A stretch of DNA of 64,000 bases, taken from assembly GCA_963727945.1 (NCBI GenBank), contig CAVSIW010000043.1:21124-85123 (forward strand), in the 5' to 3' direction. Origin of the DNA: an uncultured Acidobacteriota bacterium (GTDB lineage Bacteria > Acidobacteriota > Terriglobia > Acidiferrales > UBA7541). The notes under the pieces were generated by a model. It saw only the letters and a list, made by a program, of their open reading frames with translations, was not told the origin of the DNA and searched no databases. The translations under genes and the position numbers were made by a program. Every line of letters starts with the position of its first letter. The first letter of the stretch is position 1. This document shows, piece after piece, positions 1 through 13,330 of this stretch.

Positions 1-2
1 AA

Positions 3-263
3 GTCGATTCGTTTGGGAACCTGGTGACGAATTTCCGCGCCGAGGACCTGCCGAGCGAAACGCAAAACGATGGAGCTTTGAAAATGCAAGTGGGTGCTCA
101 TGCGGTAAGCCGGCTCGTGGATACGTTTGCGCTAGGCAAGGCGGAAGAGCCGGTTGCGTATATAGGGTCGAGCGGTTATTTGGAGATTGCCCTCAACAAG
201 GGAAATGCTTCGCGGAAATTGAGTATCGGCCGCGGAGCGCCTGTGGTTCTCGCGGAAAAATAG
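3..263 (+). CDS. SAM hydroxide adenosyltransferase / SAM-dependent halogenase family (DUF62), C-terminal part, 5'-truncated by the window
   Basis: Frame is open from the window edge: VDSFGNLVTN (D-x-F-G-N motif) ... YIGSSGYLEIALNKGNAS, typical of the DUF62 C-terminal domain. Confidence 0.85.
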   Translation, partial: VDSFGNLVTNFRAEDLPSETQNDGALKMQVGAHAVSRLVDTFALGKAEEPVAYIGSSGYLEIALNKGNASRKLSIGRGAPVVLAEK

Positions 264-331
264 TTCAGTTCCCTTCTCAACTTAAAAGACATTCTAAAAA
301 GGTATTCCAACGCAGCTCTGCGCCCTGCATT

Positions 332-1201
332 TCAGCGGTTGTGTTCAAGAGCGGCCATCTGCGAACGCGAGCGTGGATCAAGCCAATCGCGCCAGGCATC
401 GCCGAGGAGATTGAAGGCGAGCACGGCGGTCATGACCGCGAGCGCGGGGAAAACAACAAGATGCGGGGCGTCGAAGAGATGGCTGCGCGCGTCGTTCAAC
501 ATGGAGCCCCAACTTGGGACGGGCGCGAGGACACCGAGGCCGAGGAAACTCAGCGTGGATTCGGCCAGGATGGCTCCGGCCATGCCGATGGTGGCTTGAA
601 TGAGAACAGGCTGAAGAATATTGGGAAGCAGATGGCGCAACATGATGCGGAGATTTGAAGCGCCAAGAGAACGAATGGCAAGAATAAATTCCAGTTCTTT
701 TACTTTCAAGACTTGCGCGCGGGCGAGGCGCGCGTAGCCGGCCCAGCCGGTAATGACGAGGGCGAGAATGACTTTTCCGATGCCGGGGCCAAAAAAAGCG
801 GCAAATGCGATTGCGAGCAATATCCCGGGAAACGATAAGAATGCATTGATGAGGAGGAGATTTACGAAGCGATCGAACCATCCGCCGAGGAATCCCGCGA
901 GTAAGCCGATGGCGAGACCTGTCAGGCCGCATCCGAGAACGACAGAGATCGCGACGAAAAGTGAAACGCGCGCGCCGTAAAGAGTGCGCGAGAAAGTGTC
1001 GCGGCCGAGTTCGTCCGTCCCCATCCAATGAGCGCGCGAAGGAGATTCGAGCCGGGAAGGAAGATTCTGCGCAGCGGGATCGGCCGGGGAGAGCCATGGT
1101 GCGAAGAGGGCCGCGAGTAGGAGCAAAAGTGCTGCGGCAAATCCAACTCGCGCGATAACACTTTGGCGGAGAAATTGCCGAAGCGCGGAGAAAACAATCA
1201 T
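332..1201 (-). CDS. dppC: Peptide/nickel ABC transporter permease (DppC/OppC type)
   Basis: HWMGTDELGRDTFSR motif, EAA-like loop EFILAIRSLGAS, LSFLGLG...SWGSML; multiple TM helices. Confidence 0.9.
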   Translation of the reverse strand: MIVFSALRQFLRQSVIARVGFAAALLLLLAALFAPWLSPADPAAQNLPSRLESPSRAHWMGTDELGRDTFSRTLYGARVSLFVAISVVLGCGLTGLAIGLLAGFLGGWFDRFVNLLLINAFLSFPGILLAIAFAAFFGPGIGKVILALVITGWAGYARLARAQVLKVKELEFILAIRSLGASNLRIMLRHLLPNILQPVLIQATIGMAGAILAESTLSFLGLGVLAPVPSWGSMLNDARSHLFDAPHLVVFPALAVMTAVLAFNLLGDAWRDWLDPRSRSQMAALEHNR

Positions 1202-2118
1202 GACAGGCGCACCCGCGGATCGATTAGGGCGTAGAGAAAGTCGGTGAACAAGTTCACAAGTACGTAGGAAACGGCGATGACCAGGATGCAGCCCTGGAGC
1301 AGAGGGTAGTCACGAGAGGAGATCGCCTGGACGGTCAGGCGGCCGATGCCAGGCCAGGAAAATATTGTTTCGGTGACGATGGTTCCGGCGAGAAGCGTGC
1401 CGAATTGGAGGCCGAGAATGGTGATGATGGGGATGAGCGCGTTGCGGAAGGCATGACGAAACAAAACCGCGCGCGTGGAGAGCCCTTTGGCGCGAGCTGT
1501 GCGCACGTAGTCGCTGGAAAGCTCTTCGAGCATCGAACCGCGCACCATGCGCGTGAGGATGGCGGCGAGTGCGGCGCCCAAAGTGGCGGCAGGGAGGATG
1601 TAGTAGGCGGGGCCTCCGCGGCCGGAGACGGGTAGCCAACCTAGTTCGATGGAAAACAGCAAGATCAGCACGGGGCCGAGCGCGAAATTGGGGACGGCGA
1701 GGCCCAGTAAAGTAAAAACGCCGACGGCTCTGTCAGCGGAGAGTCCGCGGCGATGCGCGGCAAGCACACCGGCGGGAATGGCAATGGCTGCGCACACCAG
1801 AAGAGCCAAGCACGCGAGAGCAAGCGTGGCAGGATAGCGTTCGAAGATAATGCGGCGTACGGGCGCTTGGAATTTCAGCGACTGACCAAGATCGCCATGG
1901 GCCAAGCGATCCAGATAGCGGCCATACTGCACATAGAGCGGTTGATCAAGGCCGAGGCCGTGGCGCAATTGAGTGATTTGTCCGGGGGCAGCGCCCTCGC
2001 CGAGCATCTGCTCGACGGGATCGCCAGGCACGATGTGAATCAGCAGGAATACGAGTGTGAGTACCAGCCAGAGCGCCGGAAGAGTGAGTAGGAAGCGTTG
2101 CAGGATGTGGCGCGCCAT
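1198..2118 (-). CDS. dppB: Peptide/nickel ABC transporter permease (DppB/OppB type)
   Basis: PGDP N-terminus, GDLGQS, DYVRTARAKGL EAA loop, ETIFSWPGIG, DPRVR C-terminus; 4-bp overlap with dppC. Confidence 0.92.
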   Translation of the reverse strand: MARHILQRFLLTLPALWLVLTLVFLLIHIVPGDPVEQMLGEGAAPGQITQLRHGLGLDQPLYVQYGRYLDRLAHGDLGQSLKFQAPVRRIIFERYPATLALACLALLVCAAIAIPAGVLAAHRRGLSADRAVGVFTLLGLAVPNFALGPVLILLFSIELGWLPVSGRGGPAYYILPAATLGAALAAILTRMVRGSMLEELSSDYVRTARAKGLSTRAVLFRHAFRNALIPIITILGLQFGTLLAGTIVTETIFSWPGIGRLTVQAISSRDYPLLQGCILVIAVSYVLVNLFTDFLYALIDPRVRLS

Positions 2119-2131
2119 TTGTCAATCGCTA

Positions 2132-3541
2132 CTAGGAATCCGCTGCGGCGGCTTTCGAGCTCTTCGCCTTTTTCTCAGCGCTTACGGTGGATTCCACTGG
2201 TCGCTCCTCTTCAGGCGCAGGACGCACGCGTTGAATTTTCACGCGCGCCACGCGGCGGCCGTCCATTTCCACGACGGTGAACCGAAATTGTCCGTATTCG
2301 AAATTCTCTCCGCCACGAGGAATAAAACCGAGCTGCGCAAGGACGAATCCGCCGACTGTCGCGTACGCGGGATCTTCCGGCAAGGTGATGTTGTACTGCG
2401 CATCCAAATCGCGGACGTTCAGGGCGGCGTCAAAAATTACCGCGCCGTCGGCGAGCGTCAGCGGACATTCGATGACATCGAACTCATCATGTATCTCGCC
2501 CACCACCTGCTCGATGATGTCTTCGAGGGTGACCAGACCGAGTATGCTGCCGAATTCATCCACAACCATCGCCATGCCGATGTGGCGCGTGCGAAGTTCC
2601 TGGAGCAACTCACTCGCAGGCTTCGTTTCCGGGACGATCAAAACTTCGCGCAGCACGCGGCGCAGGTCGAAAGGGGGTGGTGGGAGATTTTCTTCCAGCC
2701 GCCGCTCGCGATCGAGCAGGATCCAAAGCATATCCTTGATGTGAATGAATCCGAGGATGTGATCGCCGGATCCGCGATAAACCGGGATACGCGAGCGCTG
2801 AGACGTGGCGAAAACGCGCATGACTTCGTCCAGCTCCGCTTCTACGGGAAGCGTGCGCATATCTGGACGAGGCACCATGATCTCGCGAACCTGAACTTGG
2901 CCGAGTTCGATAGCGCTCACGATGAATTTTTCCTCACCAGGGGCGATCAAACCGCGTTCACGAGCTTGTTGGATCTGGATTTGCAGCTCTTCAGTCGAAT
3001 GTGCAGAGCCGTGACCTTGTGGAGACGAGACGCCCATCGCTTTTACAATGACGCGAGACACGCCATCTAAGAGATCAATGGCCCAGCGAAAAGTACGCAG
3101 AAACCACTGAAACGGGAGAGCAACCAGAAGCGCAACACGTTCAGCGCGCGCTAGACTCACCGTCTTTGGAACCAGCTCGCCGAGGACGACATGCATTGCG
3201 CTCAGGAGCGTGAAAGCGCAGGCCAACGCAACGGCATGAGCGAAAAACACCGTGCGGGTGCCTTGTGTTCCGTGCCAGATTTGCTGGAAGGCCGTGGCAA
3301 GAGTAGCTTCGCCGAGTGCGCCGATGGCCAGGCTCGTCAGCGTGATGCCCACTTGCACGCCGGAAACGACGCGGTGCAAGTCCGCCAGCAGACGCTCGAC
3401 GACACGAGCGCGCATGTCACCCTTGGCGACGAGCTGACGGACGCGCGAAAGCCGGACCGCAACGAGAGAAAACTCCGCGGCAGCGAAAAAGCCGTTGAGA
3501 GCGACGAGCGCCAGCACACCGATAAGCCGCACGGCGAACAT
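2132..3541 (-). CDS. Hemolysin-family CNNM(DUF21)-CBS-CorC/HlyC metal homeostasis protein
   Basis: NGFFAAAEFSLV, VVLGELVPK, CBS pair (SRIPVY, VVDEFG..GLVTLEDIIEQVVGEIHDEFD), CorC C-terminal domain (TVGGFV). Confidence 0.92.
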   Translation of the reverse strand: MFAVRLIGVLALVALNGFFAAAEFSLVAVRLSRVRQLVAKGDMRARVVERLLADLHRVVSGVQVGITLTSLAIGALGEATLATAFQQIWHGTQGTRTVFFAHAVALACAFTLLSAMHVVLGELVPKTVSLARAERVALLVALPFQWFLRTFRWAIDLLDGVSRVIVKAMGVSSPQGHGSAHSTEELQIQIQQARERGLIAPGEEKFIVSAIELGQVQVREIMVPRPDMRTLPVEAELDEVMRVFATSQRSRIPVYRGSGDHILGFIHIKDMLWILLDRERRLEENLPPPPFDLRRVLREVLIVPETKPASELLQELRTRHIGMAMVVDEFGSILGLVTLEDIIEQVVGEIHDEFDVIECPLTLADGAVIFDAALNVRDLDAQYNITLPEDPAYATVGGFVLAQLGFIPRGGENFEYGQFRFTVVEMDGRRVARVKIQRVRPAPEEERPVESTVSAEKKAKSSKAAAADS

Positions 3542-3566
3542 GGATTCTCAGGGTTCCCCTAGCGGC

Positions 3567-3575
3567 ATTGTAGCA
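3567..3575 (-). promoter_or_regulatory. Extended -10 promoter (TGnTACAAT) for the CorC/HlyC-dppBC genes
   Basis: Minus strand TGCTACAAT, 25 nt upstream of the ATG at 3541. Confidence 0.5.
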
Positions 3576-3620
3576 GTACGCGCGGTGTGCGAGATGATGC
3601 GTATGACGAGAGTGCCTTCT

Positions 3621-7020
<3,400 letters not shown>

Positions 7021-7128
7021 AGGCAATATCTTCTTAGATTATCACAGCCGCCAAGCGCGCCCGCCCGGTTGCGCGCTCGAAGCGTGTCCACTACACTCAA
7101 GTTTTACTTCCAGCGGCCGGGAGACTGC

Positions 7129-9591
7129 TTGCGGACCATCCTTCGGATACTCATCTGGACATTTACTCTAGTTATCGTCATCGCGGCCGCAGCGGCTTGG
7201 TGGTTCATCTATCGGCCGCTCCCGCAGCTCGACGGCTCGATTTCGCTCCCCGGCTTGCAAAAGGAAGTCACCGTGGAGCGCGACAATTGGGGTGTGCCGC
7301 ACATCCGCGCGGCTTCGCTCGTGGACGCCGTTGAGGCTCAGGGTTACGTGATGGCGCAAGACCGTCTCTGGCAACTTGATTTGATGCGGCGGGCTTCTCG
7401 CGGCCAGCTTTCGGAGATTGTCGGGCCGCTGGCACTGAAATCAGACAGACAATACCGGACATTTGGTTTTTCGCGCGCAGCGGAGCGCGATATCGCCGCG
7501 ATGGACAAGGATTCGCGCGCGCTGATGGAAGCCTACGCCCGCGGCGTAAACGTGTTTATCGAACAGCATCAGAATAACTTGCCGCTGGAATTTACTCTGC
7601 TGAAGTACAAACCGCAGCCTTGGTTGCCATCGGATTCGCTGGTCATCGCCGGTTACATGTACCAAACGCTGACCGACACTTGGGAGAGAGAGCTGGACCG
7701 CGCCAAAGTCGAGGAACGCGTGGGCGCGGATCGCTCCAGGGATTTATTTGCGGTAGACGCGCCGATGGACCATTTCGTAGTCGGCGATCCGGACGTGCCG
7801 AATGACGGCTCGCAAGCGTCTCGCGCAGATCCCGACGACGAAGACGATGACGACGACATGCCGACGGACACCGTCCTGAAAGCTTCGGGACGCAGCACAG
7901 ACAGCGTGAGGACTCCCGAGACTTTTGCGGACATCACCTCTGCGCTCTGGCCTTCGATTCAGGGCTACCTCGAAGAAACGCAAAGCGAGATTCGCAAAAG
8001 CCTGGGGAGTAACAACTGGGTCGTCAGCGGCTCGCACACGGCAACTGGCAAGCCTCTGCTCGCAAATGACACACATCTGGAATTATCCATTCCCCCGATC
8101 TGGTACGAAATTCATCTCAGCGCACCCGGTTTCAACGCAAAGGGATTCACGCTGCCCGGCGCCCCGCTGATCGTCATCGGCCACAACGACCGCATCGCGT
8201 GGGGCTTCACAAACAACGGCGCCGATGTGCAGGACTTGTATGTCGAAACCTTCAATCCCGCGTCGCCCGACGAGTATCGAGTGAACGGAACGTGGGTCAA
8301 ATCGCAACTTTTTGATGAAGCGATTCACGTTAAAGGACAAGCCGACGAACACTTGAAGGTGGTTGTTACGCGCCACGGCCCGGTCGTGCACCGCGAAGGC
8401 GACAAAGTCTACGCGCTTCGATGGACAGCGCTGGAGCCCGGTGGGCTTGGAAACACGTACAACTGGCTTTCCACCGCGAAAAACTGGCACGAATTTCGAG
8501 ACATCATGAAACGAGTTTGGGGCCCCGGCCAAAACGCCGTGTATGCGGACGTGGACGGCAACATTGGATACGTGATGGCCGCGCGCGTGCCCGTTCGAAA
8601 GAAAGGTCGCGGCGAAGTGCCCGTTCCCGGCGATACCGACGAATTTGAATGGACGGGCTACATTCCGTTTGAACAACTTCCGCAGGCTCTGAACCCCGAC
8701 AGCGGACTAATCGTTACAGCAAACGCGCGTGTCGTCGGACCAAACTACAAACCGTACCTGACGGACCGTTGGGAAGAGCCCTATCGTACTGCTCGCATCT
8801 ACGATCTCCTCCACGACAAAACGGGTCTGCGCCCCATCGATATGCTGAAGGTCGAAACGGACACCTATAGCTATCCACACGCTTTTCTTGCGGACCAAAT
8901 GTCTGCGGCGGCGAAAAAGGTGCAGCCAAAGGATGCGCGCGCGAAGAAGCTCGTAGACGGCTTGAAAGACTGGAACGGAATCGCCGATGGGGATTCTCCG
9001 CTCGTGTCTTTCCTGGTGATGGCGCGGCGAGCGGCGCTGGATTTGATTCTCGAGCCATATCTTGCGAAAGACACAAACCTCTACGAGTGGCGCAGCACCG
9101 CGTTCCTCCAAAAAGTCCTGACCGACCGGCCTGCGAAGTGGCTGCCCCCCGCGTACAAGAACTACGACGAATTGCTGGCCGCAACAGCCGACCGGGCGGT
9201 CTCCATGCTTGCTGGACAAACAAAAAGCGAGCGCGTCGGAGACTGGGAGTGGAAGCAGCTGAATTCGCTGGGGATGCTGCATCCGATCGGCCGCGAAGGT
9301 TTTCTGAAGCATCTGCTCAGCCTCACCGATAAACCGCAGTCCGGCACCGGTTACAGCGTACGCGCCGCGACAAAGCGCCACGGCCCCTCGATGCGCTTCA
9401 TCGCCAATCTGGCCGACTGGGACGACTCCATTCTTTTGATCCCGGCGGGCGAATCCGGGCAAGTCGGCAGCGGTCATTACACTGACCAGTTCTCTTACTG
9501 GTATGAGGGCAAACCGATCGTGGCTCCTTTTAGCGACGCGGCGGAAGCAAAAGCGCGGAAGCACGCGCTAAAACTCACTCCGTCCTGGTGA
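7129..9591 (+). CDS. Penicillin acylase family Ntn-hydrolase (peptidase S45), N-terminal membrane anchor
   Basis: RDNWGVPHI, AQDRLWQLDLMRR, GSNNWVVSG (nucleophile Ser), LLANDTHL, GESGQ. TTG start after GGGAG; alternative GTG at 7084. The upstream part of the 1299-aa ORF is antisense to ileS. Confidence 0.9.
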   Translation: MRTILRILIWTFTLVIVIAAAAAWWFIYRPLPQLDGSISLPGLQKEVTVERDNWGVPHIRAASLVDAVEAQGYVMAQDRLWQLDLMRRASRGQLSEIVGPLALKSDRQYRTFGFSRAAERDIAAMDKDSRALMEAYARGVNVFIEQHQNNLPLEFTLLKYKPQPWLPSDSLVIAGYMYQTLTDTWERELDRAKVEERVGADRSRDLFAVDAPMDHFVVGDPDVPNDGSQASRADPDDEDDDDDMPTDTVLKASGRSTDSVRTPETFADITSALWPSIQGYLEETQSEIRKSLGSNNWVVSGSHTATGKPLLANDTHLELSIPPIWYEIHLSAPGFNAKGFTLPGAPLIVIGHNDRIAWGFTNNGADVQDLYVETFNPASPDEYRVNGTWVKSQLFDEAIHVKGQADEHLKVVVTRHGPVVHREGDKVYALRWTALEPGGLGNTYNWLSTAKNWHEFRDIMKRVWGPGQNAVYADVDGNIGYVMAARVPVRKKGRGEVPVPGDTDEFEWTGYIPFEQLPQALNPDSGLIVTANARVVGPNYKPYLTDRWEEPYRTARIYDLLHDKTGLRPIDMLKVETDTYSYPHAFLADQMSAAAKKVQPKDARAKKLVDGLKDWNGIADGDSPLVSFLVMARRAALDLILEPYLAKDTNLYEWRSTAFLQKVLTDRPAKWLPPAYKNYDELLAATADRAVSMLAGQTKSERVGDWEWKQLNSLGMLHPIGREGFLKHLLSLTDKPQSGTGYSVRAATKRHGPSMRFIANLADWDDSILLIPAGESGQVGSGHYTDQFSYWYEGKPIVAPFSDAAEAKARKHALKLTPSW

Positions 9592-9613
9592 TTTGAAGTA
9601 TTCTCATTTCAAA

Positions 9614-10453
9614 ATGCCTGAATTGCCAGAAGTAGAAGCGGTCGCGCGAACATTGCGGCCACTGGTTGAGCAGCGGCGGATTCGCTGCGTTCATGTGCTG
9701 CATGCGATAGCTATGAAACCGCAGAGCCCTGCGCAACTTGCGCGCCTGACGGAAGGTCAGCGAATCCACTCGGTCCAGAGAAAAGGCAAATATCTTTGGC
9801 TCCAACTAGCGCACGGCATTGTCACGCTTCACTTCAAGCTCGACGGCCAGCTCGTTTGGTTTTCCACCGCAAAGAAAATGCTCGATGTCGCCAACCTGAG
9901 CGGATCGGGCGTCCATGTGGATGTAGCCTTCGAACTAGACAAAGGCGTTCTAGGCTTCGCGGATCGGCGGCATTTTGGTCGCGTACAAGTTTGGGCATCC
10001 GAAAGGACTTGCCCTGCTCTCACGGGTTTGGGTGTTGACGCCGTGTCGCCCGATTTCACGTCAGCGCGCTTCGCGGAATTGCTGGCGGAGTCGCGGCGTC
10101 CCCTTAAGGAGTTCCTCCTCGACCAAACTCGCGTCGCAGGCATTGGCAACATCTACTCGTGCGAATCGCTCTGGCATGCCAAGCTGGACCCGCGCCGCCG
10201 CGCAAACTCGCTAAAGCCCGCAGAAGCCCGCCGCCTCCACAAAGCGATTGTTTCCGTTCTCGCGCGTGCCTTAGAATGCTGTCTGCATCCCGCGCCGGAT
10301 TTTCGTGATGCAAACTGGTGGTTTCAAGGTTTGGAAAACATTCTTCGCGCGTACGACCGCGAAGGAAAGAACTGTCGCCGCTGCGGAGAAGCAATCAAAC
10401 GCATCGCGCAAGGTGGCCGGTCAACTTACTTTTGTGCGCACTGTCAAAAATAG
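9614..10453 (+). CDS. mutM: Formamidopyrimidine-DNA glycosylase (Fpg/Nei family)
   Basis: MPELPEVE start, RKGKYL, LLDQ..VAGIGNIYSCESL, C-terminal zinc finger CRRCG...RSTYFCAHCQ. Confidence 0.95.
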   Translation: MPELPEVEAVARTLRPLVEQRRIRCVHVLHAIAMKPQSPAQLARLTEGQRIHSVQRKGKYLWLQLAHGIVTLHFKLDGQLVWFSTAKKMLDVANLSGSGVHVDVAFELDKGVLGFADRRHFGRVQVWASERTCPALTGLGVDAVSPDFTSARFAELLAESRRPLKEFLLDQTRVAGIGNIYSCESLWHAKLDPRRRANSLKPAEARRLHKAIVSVLARALECCLHPAPDFRDANWWFQGLENILRAYDREGKNCRRCGEAIKRIAQGGRSTYFCAHCQK

Positions 10454-10465
10454 AAGCCGAGGACA

Positions 10466-10750
10466 ATGGCCGATCGCGTGAACTTACCTGCTTCCAAGAA
10501 GCCTGAACCGCCTAAGAAGCCCGACTTCGAGCGCTCCCTCGCTCGCCTCGAAGAAGTGGTCCGCCGCCTCGAAAGCCCGCAACTCTCCCTCGACGATGCC
10601 ATGAAGCTCTTCGAAGAAGGTGTCGCACTTTCCCGCGAGTGCCAGAAGCAACTCGAAGAAGCCGAAGGCCGCGTCGAAATTCTGCTGAAGAAAGCCGACG
10701 GCAAACTTGCTGCAGAGCCGTTCGATCCCGAAGGCGAGAGCGAATCGTGA
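10466..10750 (+). CDS. xseB: Exodeoxyribonuclease VII small subunit
   Basis: FERSLARLEEVVRRLE...LSLDDAMKLFEEGVALSRECQKQLEEAEGRV. Confidence 0.95.
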   Translation: MADRVNLPASKKPEPPKKPDFERSLARLEEVVRRLESPQLSLDDAMKLFEEGVALSRECQKQLEEAEGRVEILLKKADGKLAAEPFDPEGESES

Positions 10751-10790
10751 CCCTACCGGCTCTTACATCTTGCCTAATCATCTCGTGACA

Positions 10791-11672
10791 ATGAAGCTGC
10801 CGCTTTTTTTTGAAGAAGACCGCGTGGAGGTGGACGCATCCCTCGACCGCCTCATGCCCGCGGAAACGGCGCAACCGCCGTCCATTCACCAAGCCATGCG
10901 GTACAGCGTCTTCGCGGGCGGAAAACGCATCCGGCCAATTCTGTGCATCGAAACCGCGCGCATCTTCGATTCAAATGTCGCGCCCGCGCACTATCCTGCC
11001 TGCGCCATCGAGTTCATCCACACCTATTCGCTCATCCACGACGATCTTCCCGCTCTCGACAACGATGATCTACGCCGTGGCAAACCAACCTGCCACAAGA
11101 AATTCGGCGAAGCGGCAGCCATTCTCGCAGGCGATGCGCTGCTTACGCTTGCCTTTGAAACGATTGCCGCCGCGCCCGTTGACGCCAACCGGCGCGTCGC
11201 CATGCTGGCGGAAATCTCCAGCGGCGCCGGTACGATCAATGGAATGGTTGGCGGGCAGGTCGCCGACCTCGAAGCAACGGGCAAACTTATCAAGCCGGAA
11301 ATGCTCGAATATATTCACCGCTCAAAAACAGCCGCTCTCATTCGAGCGTCTATCTCTTCCGGCGCTTTGTGCGCCGGCGCCTCGACAGAAGATGTTGCCC
11401 GTCTCCGTAGGTTCGGCGAATCCCTCGGACTGCTCTTTCAGGTCACCGACGACATTCTTGATGTAGAAGAAACTTCCGCGGCGTTGGGAAAGACCGCCGG
11501 AAAAGACATCGCGCAGCAAAAGGCTACCTATCCTGCAGTTCACGGCCTCGCGCGGTCGCATCAAATTGCGAATGAACTTGCCGCAAAAGCTGCCGGCGAA
11601 CTGACGCCCTTCGGCGACCGCGCCTCAAGACTCCGCGAAATTGCCGAATACCTCGTTCAACGCCGCGCTTGA
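10791..11672 (+). CDS. ispA: Farnesyl/geranylgeranyl diphosphate synthase
   Basis: GGKRIRP, first aspartate-rich motif SLIHDDLPALDNDDLRRGKPT, second motif FQVTDDILD, GKTAGKD. Confidence 0.93.
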   Translation: MKLPLFFEEDRVEVDASLDRLMPAETAQPPSIHQAMRYSVFAGGKRIRPILCIETARIFDSNVAPAHYPACAIEFIHTYSLIHDDLPALDNDDLRRGKPTCHKKFGEAAAILAGDALLTLAFETIAAAPVDANRRVAMLAEISSGAGTINGMVGGQVADLEATGKLIKPEMLEYIHRSKTAALIRASISSGALCAGASTEDVARLRRFGESLGLLFQVTDDILDVEETSAALGKTAGKDIAQQKATYPAVHGLARSHQIANELAAKAAGELTPFGDRASRLREIAEYLVQRRA

Positions 11673-11687
11673 CGCAATAACCGCGCC

Positions 11688-12440
11688 ATGAAATCCAAGC
11701 CAAGACGTAAGCGGCTCGACCTTCTCCTCGTCGAGCGCGGCCTCGCCAAATCGCAGCAAAAAGCGCAAGCGATGATCCTTGCAGGCGAAGTGCGCGTGAA
11801 CAGTGTTGCCGTGCACAAGGCCGGTGTGCCCGTTGCAAACGATGCACAGCTCGAAGTGAAAAGCCGCCACCCAAAATATGCCAGCCGTGGAGGCCAAAAG
11901 CTCGAAGGCGCGTTACAGGATTTTGCGATCGATCCCGCAGGGCTTATTTGCCTCGACGTAGGAGGCTCGACCGGCGGCTTCACGGATTGCCTGCTGCAGC
12001 ATGGCGCGGCGCGAGTCTACGCCGTGGATGTAAACATCGCCCAACTCGCATGGAAGCTCCAGCAAGATCCTCGTGTTATCGCGATTGAACGCAACGCGCG
12101 CGATCTGAAGCCTGCGGACATCCTCGAGCCAGTCGATCTTGTCGTCGCCGACGTATCGTTCATTTCTGTTTGCAAAATACTTGGTCCTGCTTCCGCCTGC
12201 GCGAAGCCAGGCGCGACTTTTCTTATTCTCATCAAACCCCAATTCGAACTGCGCCGCGAAGACGTCGGCCCCGGCGGAATTGTGGAGGACGTTCACTTGC
12301 ACGAAAAGGCCATCGCAAGTGTGCGAAAGTGCGCCGAAGCTGCCGGACTGAATTGCCTAAAAATGTGCCCCAGCCGTTTGACCGGCGCGGAAGGCAATCA
12401 AGAGTATTTTCTGCACGCCCGCAAACGAATCCTGAAGTAG
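11688..12440 (+). CDS. tlyA: TlyA family rRNA 2'-O-methyltransferase
   Basis: S4 domain RLDLLLVERG, YASRGGQKL, LDVGGSTGGFTDCLLQ, DVSFIS, LIKPQFE, GNQEY. Confidence 0.95.
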   Translation: MKSKPRRKRLDLLLVERGLAKSQQKAQAMILAGEVRVNSVAVHKAGVPVANDAQLEVKSRHPKYASRGGQKLEGALQDFAIDPAGLICLDVGGSTGGFTDCLLQHGAARVYAVDVNIAQLAWKLQQDPRVIAIERNARDLKPADILEPVDLVVADVSFISVCKILGPASACAKPGATFLILIKPQFELRREDVGPGGIVEDVHLHEKAIASVRKCAEAAGLNCLKMCPSRLTGAEGNQEYFLHARKRILK

Positions 12441-12454
12441 AATCGCAGACACTC

Positions 12455-13330
12455 ATGCCGCCCGCTCCAATTTTCAAAACTATCGGCGTCATCTCGCGCC
12501 CACGCCGCTCAAATCTTTCCGCCGTCCTGCCGCAACTCTTGCAATGGCTGGAAGCCCGCGGCCTGCGCGTTATCTACGACGAAGAGACTGCTTCCGCGCT
12601 GCAGAATCCCTCCAAAGGACTGACCCGCGAGCACCTTGCAGATCAGGCAGAGATTCTTCTGGTGCTCGGTGGAGACGGCACTCTTCTCGCAGCGGCGCGC
12701 GTAGCCGCATCGCGTTGCATTCCTGTTCTGCCCATCAATATGGGGAGCCTTGGCTTCCTGACAAGTTTCACTGTCGAAGAACTCTACCCGGCGCTCGAAG
12801 AAACGCTGGCTGGACGGTCCTCGATGAGCGAACGCGTCATGCTGCAAGTGGAGCTGGTGCGCGGCGGGACGGTGTTGGATCGCCAGCACGTCCTGAATGA
12901 CGCCGTCGTTAACAAAAGCGCGCTAGCCCGCATGATTGAGCTGGAACTGTCAATCGATGGCGATTTTGTCTGCCGTTACCGTGCTGACGGTCTTGTCCTG
13001 GCCACGCCCACCGGTTCCACCGCGTATTCCCTCTCCGCAGGCGGCCCGATCGTCCACCCATCTGTAGAAGCGTTCGTCATTACGCCGATTTGCCCGCATA
13101 CCCTCACCGATCGTCCCGTCGTCGTGCGCGATTCCTCCTGCATTGAAGTCAAGCTGACGGAAAATTCTGAATCTGTCTTTTTGACACTCGATGGCCAAAA
13201 AGGCATTCCGATGCAAGCGGAAGACCGCATCCGAATCACGCGTTCCCCGGAGCGACTCAAGTTGATCCAGCCGCCAAAGAAATCCTATTTCGAAATCTTG
13301 CGCAATAAACTGAAGTGGGGCGAAGTATAG
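12455..13330 (+). CDS. nadK: NAD(+) kinase
   Basis: VLGGDGTLL, INMGSLGFL, LND, DGLVLATPTGSTAYSLSAGGP, KLKW. Confidence 0.95.
   Translation: MPPAPIFKTIGVISRPRRSNLSAVLPQLLQWLEARGLRVIYDEETASALQNPSKGLTREHLADQAEILLVLGGDGTLLAAARVAASRCIPVLPINMGSLGFLTSFTVEELYPALEETLAGRSSMSERVMLQVELVRGGTVLDRQHVLNDAVVNKSALARMIELELSIDGDFVCRYRADGLVLATPTGSTAYSLSAGGPIVHPSVEAFVITPICPHTLTDRPVVVRDSSCIEVKLTENSESVFLTLDGQKGIPMQAEDRIRITRSPERLKLIQPPKKSYFEILRNKLKWGEV

Noticed and set aside
7021-7128. T-box riboswitch upstream of ileS
   Set aside because: The divergent intergenic region is only ~100 bp, with no T-box consensus or terminator.
11688-12440. TlyA and the hemolysin-family protein as virulence factors
   Set aside because: These are housekeeping families (rRNA methyltransferase, metal homeostasis) in ordinary context.
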